NCBI GenBank assembly: GCA_964565945.1 | Contig: CAZMGY010000032.1 | Coordinates: 1-7,071 of the forward strand | Length of the DNA: 7,071 nucleotides | Reading direction: 5' to 3' | Origin: an uncultured bacterium | Lineage (GTDB): Bacteria; GCA-001730085 | Part shown: positions 6,771 to 7,071 of the stretch, piece by piece | How the letters are laid out: every line of letters starts with the position of its first letter | Position numbering within the stretch: position 1 is the stretch's first letter | Made by a program: the position numbers and the translations under genes | Notes under the pieces: generated by a model | The model's input: only the letters and a program-made list of their open reading frames with translations | The model's database searches: none | Told to the model about the DNA's origin: nothing

Positions 6771-6823
6771 CTCTCTTTGAGAGCAAGAACTGTCCTGTAG
6801 CCAACTTATATTATTACAGGACA
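6771..6823 (+). promoter_or_regulatory. Two stem-loops / palindromes in the rpmB 5' leader (recG-rpmB divergent spacer)
   Basis: Hairpin 1 is CTCTC-ttt-GAGAG (6771-6783). Hairpin 2 is a perfect 9-bp inverted repeat, TGTCCTGTA (6791-6799) and TACAGGACA (6815-6823), with a 15-nt AT-rich loop. It ends 9 nt before the AAGGAG Shine-Dalgarno (6833-6838). Confidence 0.45.
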
Positions 6824-6847
6824 TAGAATTTTAAGGAGAACATCTCA

Positions 6848-7037
6848 ATGGCCAAAGTTTGCTTTATCTGCGGAAAAAAACCTAGTACAGGGAATAACGT
6901 AAGTCACGCCCACAATAAAACCAAAACGCCGTTGGTTGCCTAATCTACAAAATATGCGCATTTTGGTTAATGGACTCAAAAAAAGAACGCGTGTTTGCAC
7001 TAGTTGCCTCAGTGCAGGTAAGGTAACCAAAGTCTAA
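6848..7037 (+). pseudogene. rpmB: 50S ribosomal protein L28 gene interrupted by a 1-nt insertion (frameshifted as written)
   Basis: AAGGAG (6833-6838) lies 9 nt upstream of ATG 6848. Frame 0 gives [26 protein letters not shown] and then runs to TAA at 6941-6943. From 6927 the +1 frame gives [36 protein letters not shown] (stop 7035-7037). Joined, the 62 aa align without gaps to Bacillus-type L28 (...[28 protein letters not shown]...SGKVERV). Confidence 0.85.
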
Positions 7038-7071
7038 ATTATAAGATTTCGATACGATAAGTCCCCTACTT

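Noticed and set aside
6791-6823. The CTGT...ACAG cores inside the 9-bp inverted repeat resemble LexA/SOS-box half-sites next to the DNA-repair gene recG
   Set aside because: The spacing between CTGT (6795-6798) and ACAG (6816-6819) is 17 nt, not the 8 nt of the gammaproteobacterial SOS box. LexA motifs also differ between phyla, so there is no basis for calling it an SOS box.
6845-7030. 61-aa minus-strand ORF in the ORF track
   Set aside because: It lies entirely antisense to the clearly recognisable rpmB sequence, so it is a shadow ORF with no motif support.

Overview
The window is mostly one tightly packed minus-strand housekeeping operon: recG, rsmD, coaD, a HIT-family hydrolase, the CCA-adding tRNA nucleotidyltransferase and a short Ppx/GppA phosphatase (994-6699). 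Each call rests on textbook catalytic motifs. Gene junctions overlap by 1, 4, 8 and about 29 nt, or are separated by a 15-nt gap. On the plus strand are two genes. One is a stand-alone 153-aa prepilin-type (GFTLIELL) pilin-like gene (402-863), preceded by a roughly 400-nt non-coding, partly very AT-rich region. The other is rpmB (L28) at the right end, divergent from recG. I see no tRNA, rRNA, CRISPR, transposase, integrase or recognisable defence or toxin genes, and no convincing multi-gene novel system. Four items deserve a second look. (1) rpmB is interrupted by one extra A and can only give full-length L28 through a +1 shift. (2) A G10 homopolymer sits exactly at the ribosome-binding position of the pilin-like gene, which is the architecture of a phase-variation switch. 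(3) The ORF-poor left 340 nt holds a 14-nt imperfect direct repeat and a 41-codon sORF behind a perfect AGGAGG. (4) The rpmB leader, in the recG-rpmB divergent spacer, contains paired hairpins or palindromes. The DUF1559-like N-terminus of the pilin suggests a PVC-type lineage (Lentisphaerota, Verrucomicrobiota or Planctomycetota), but that is only a weak inference.
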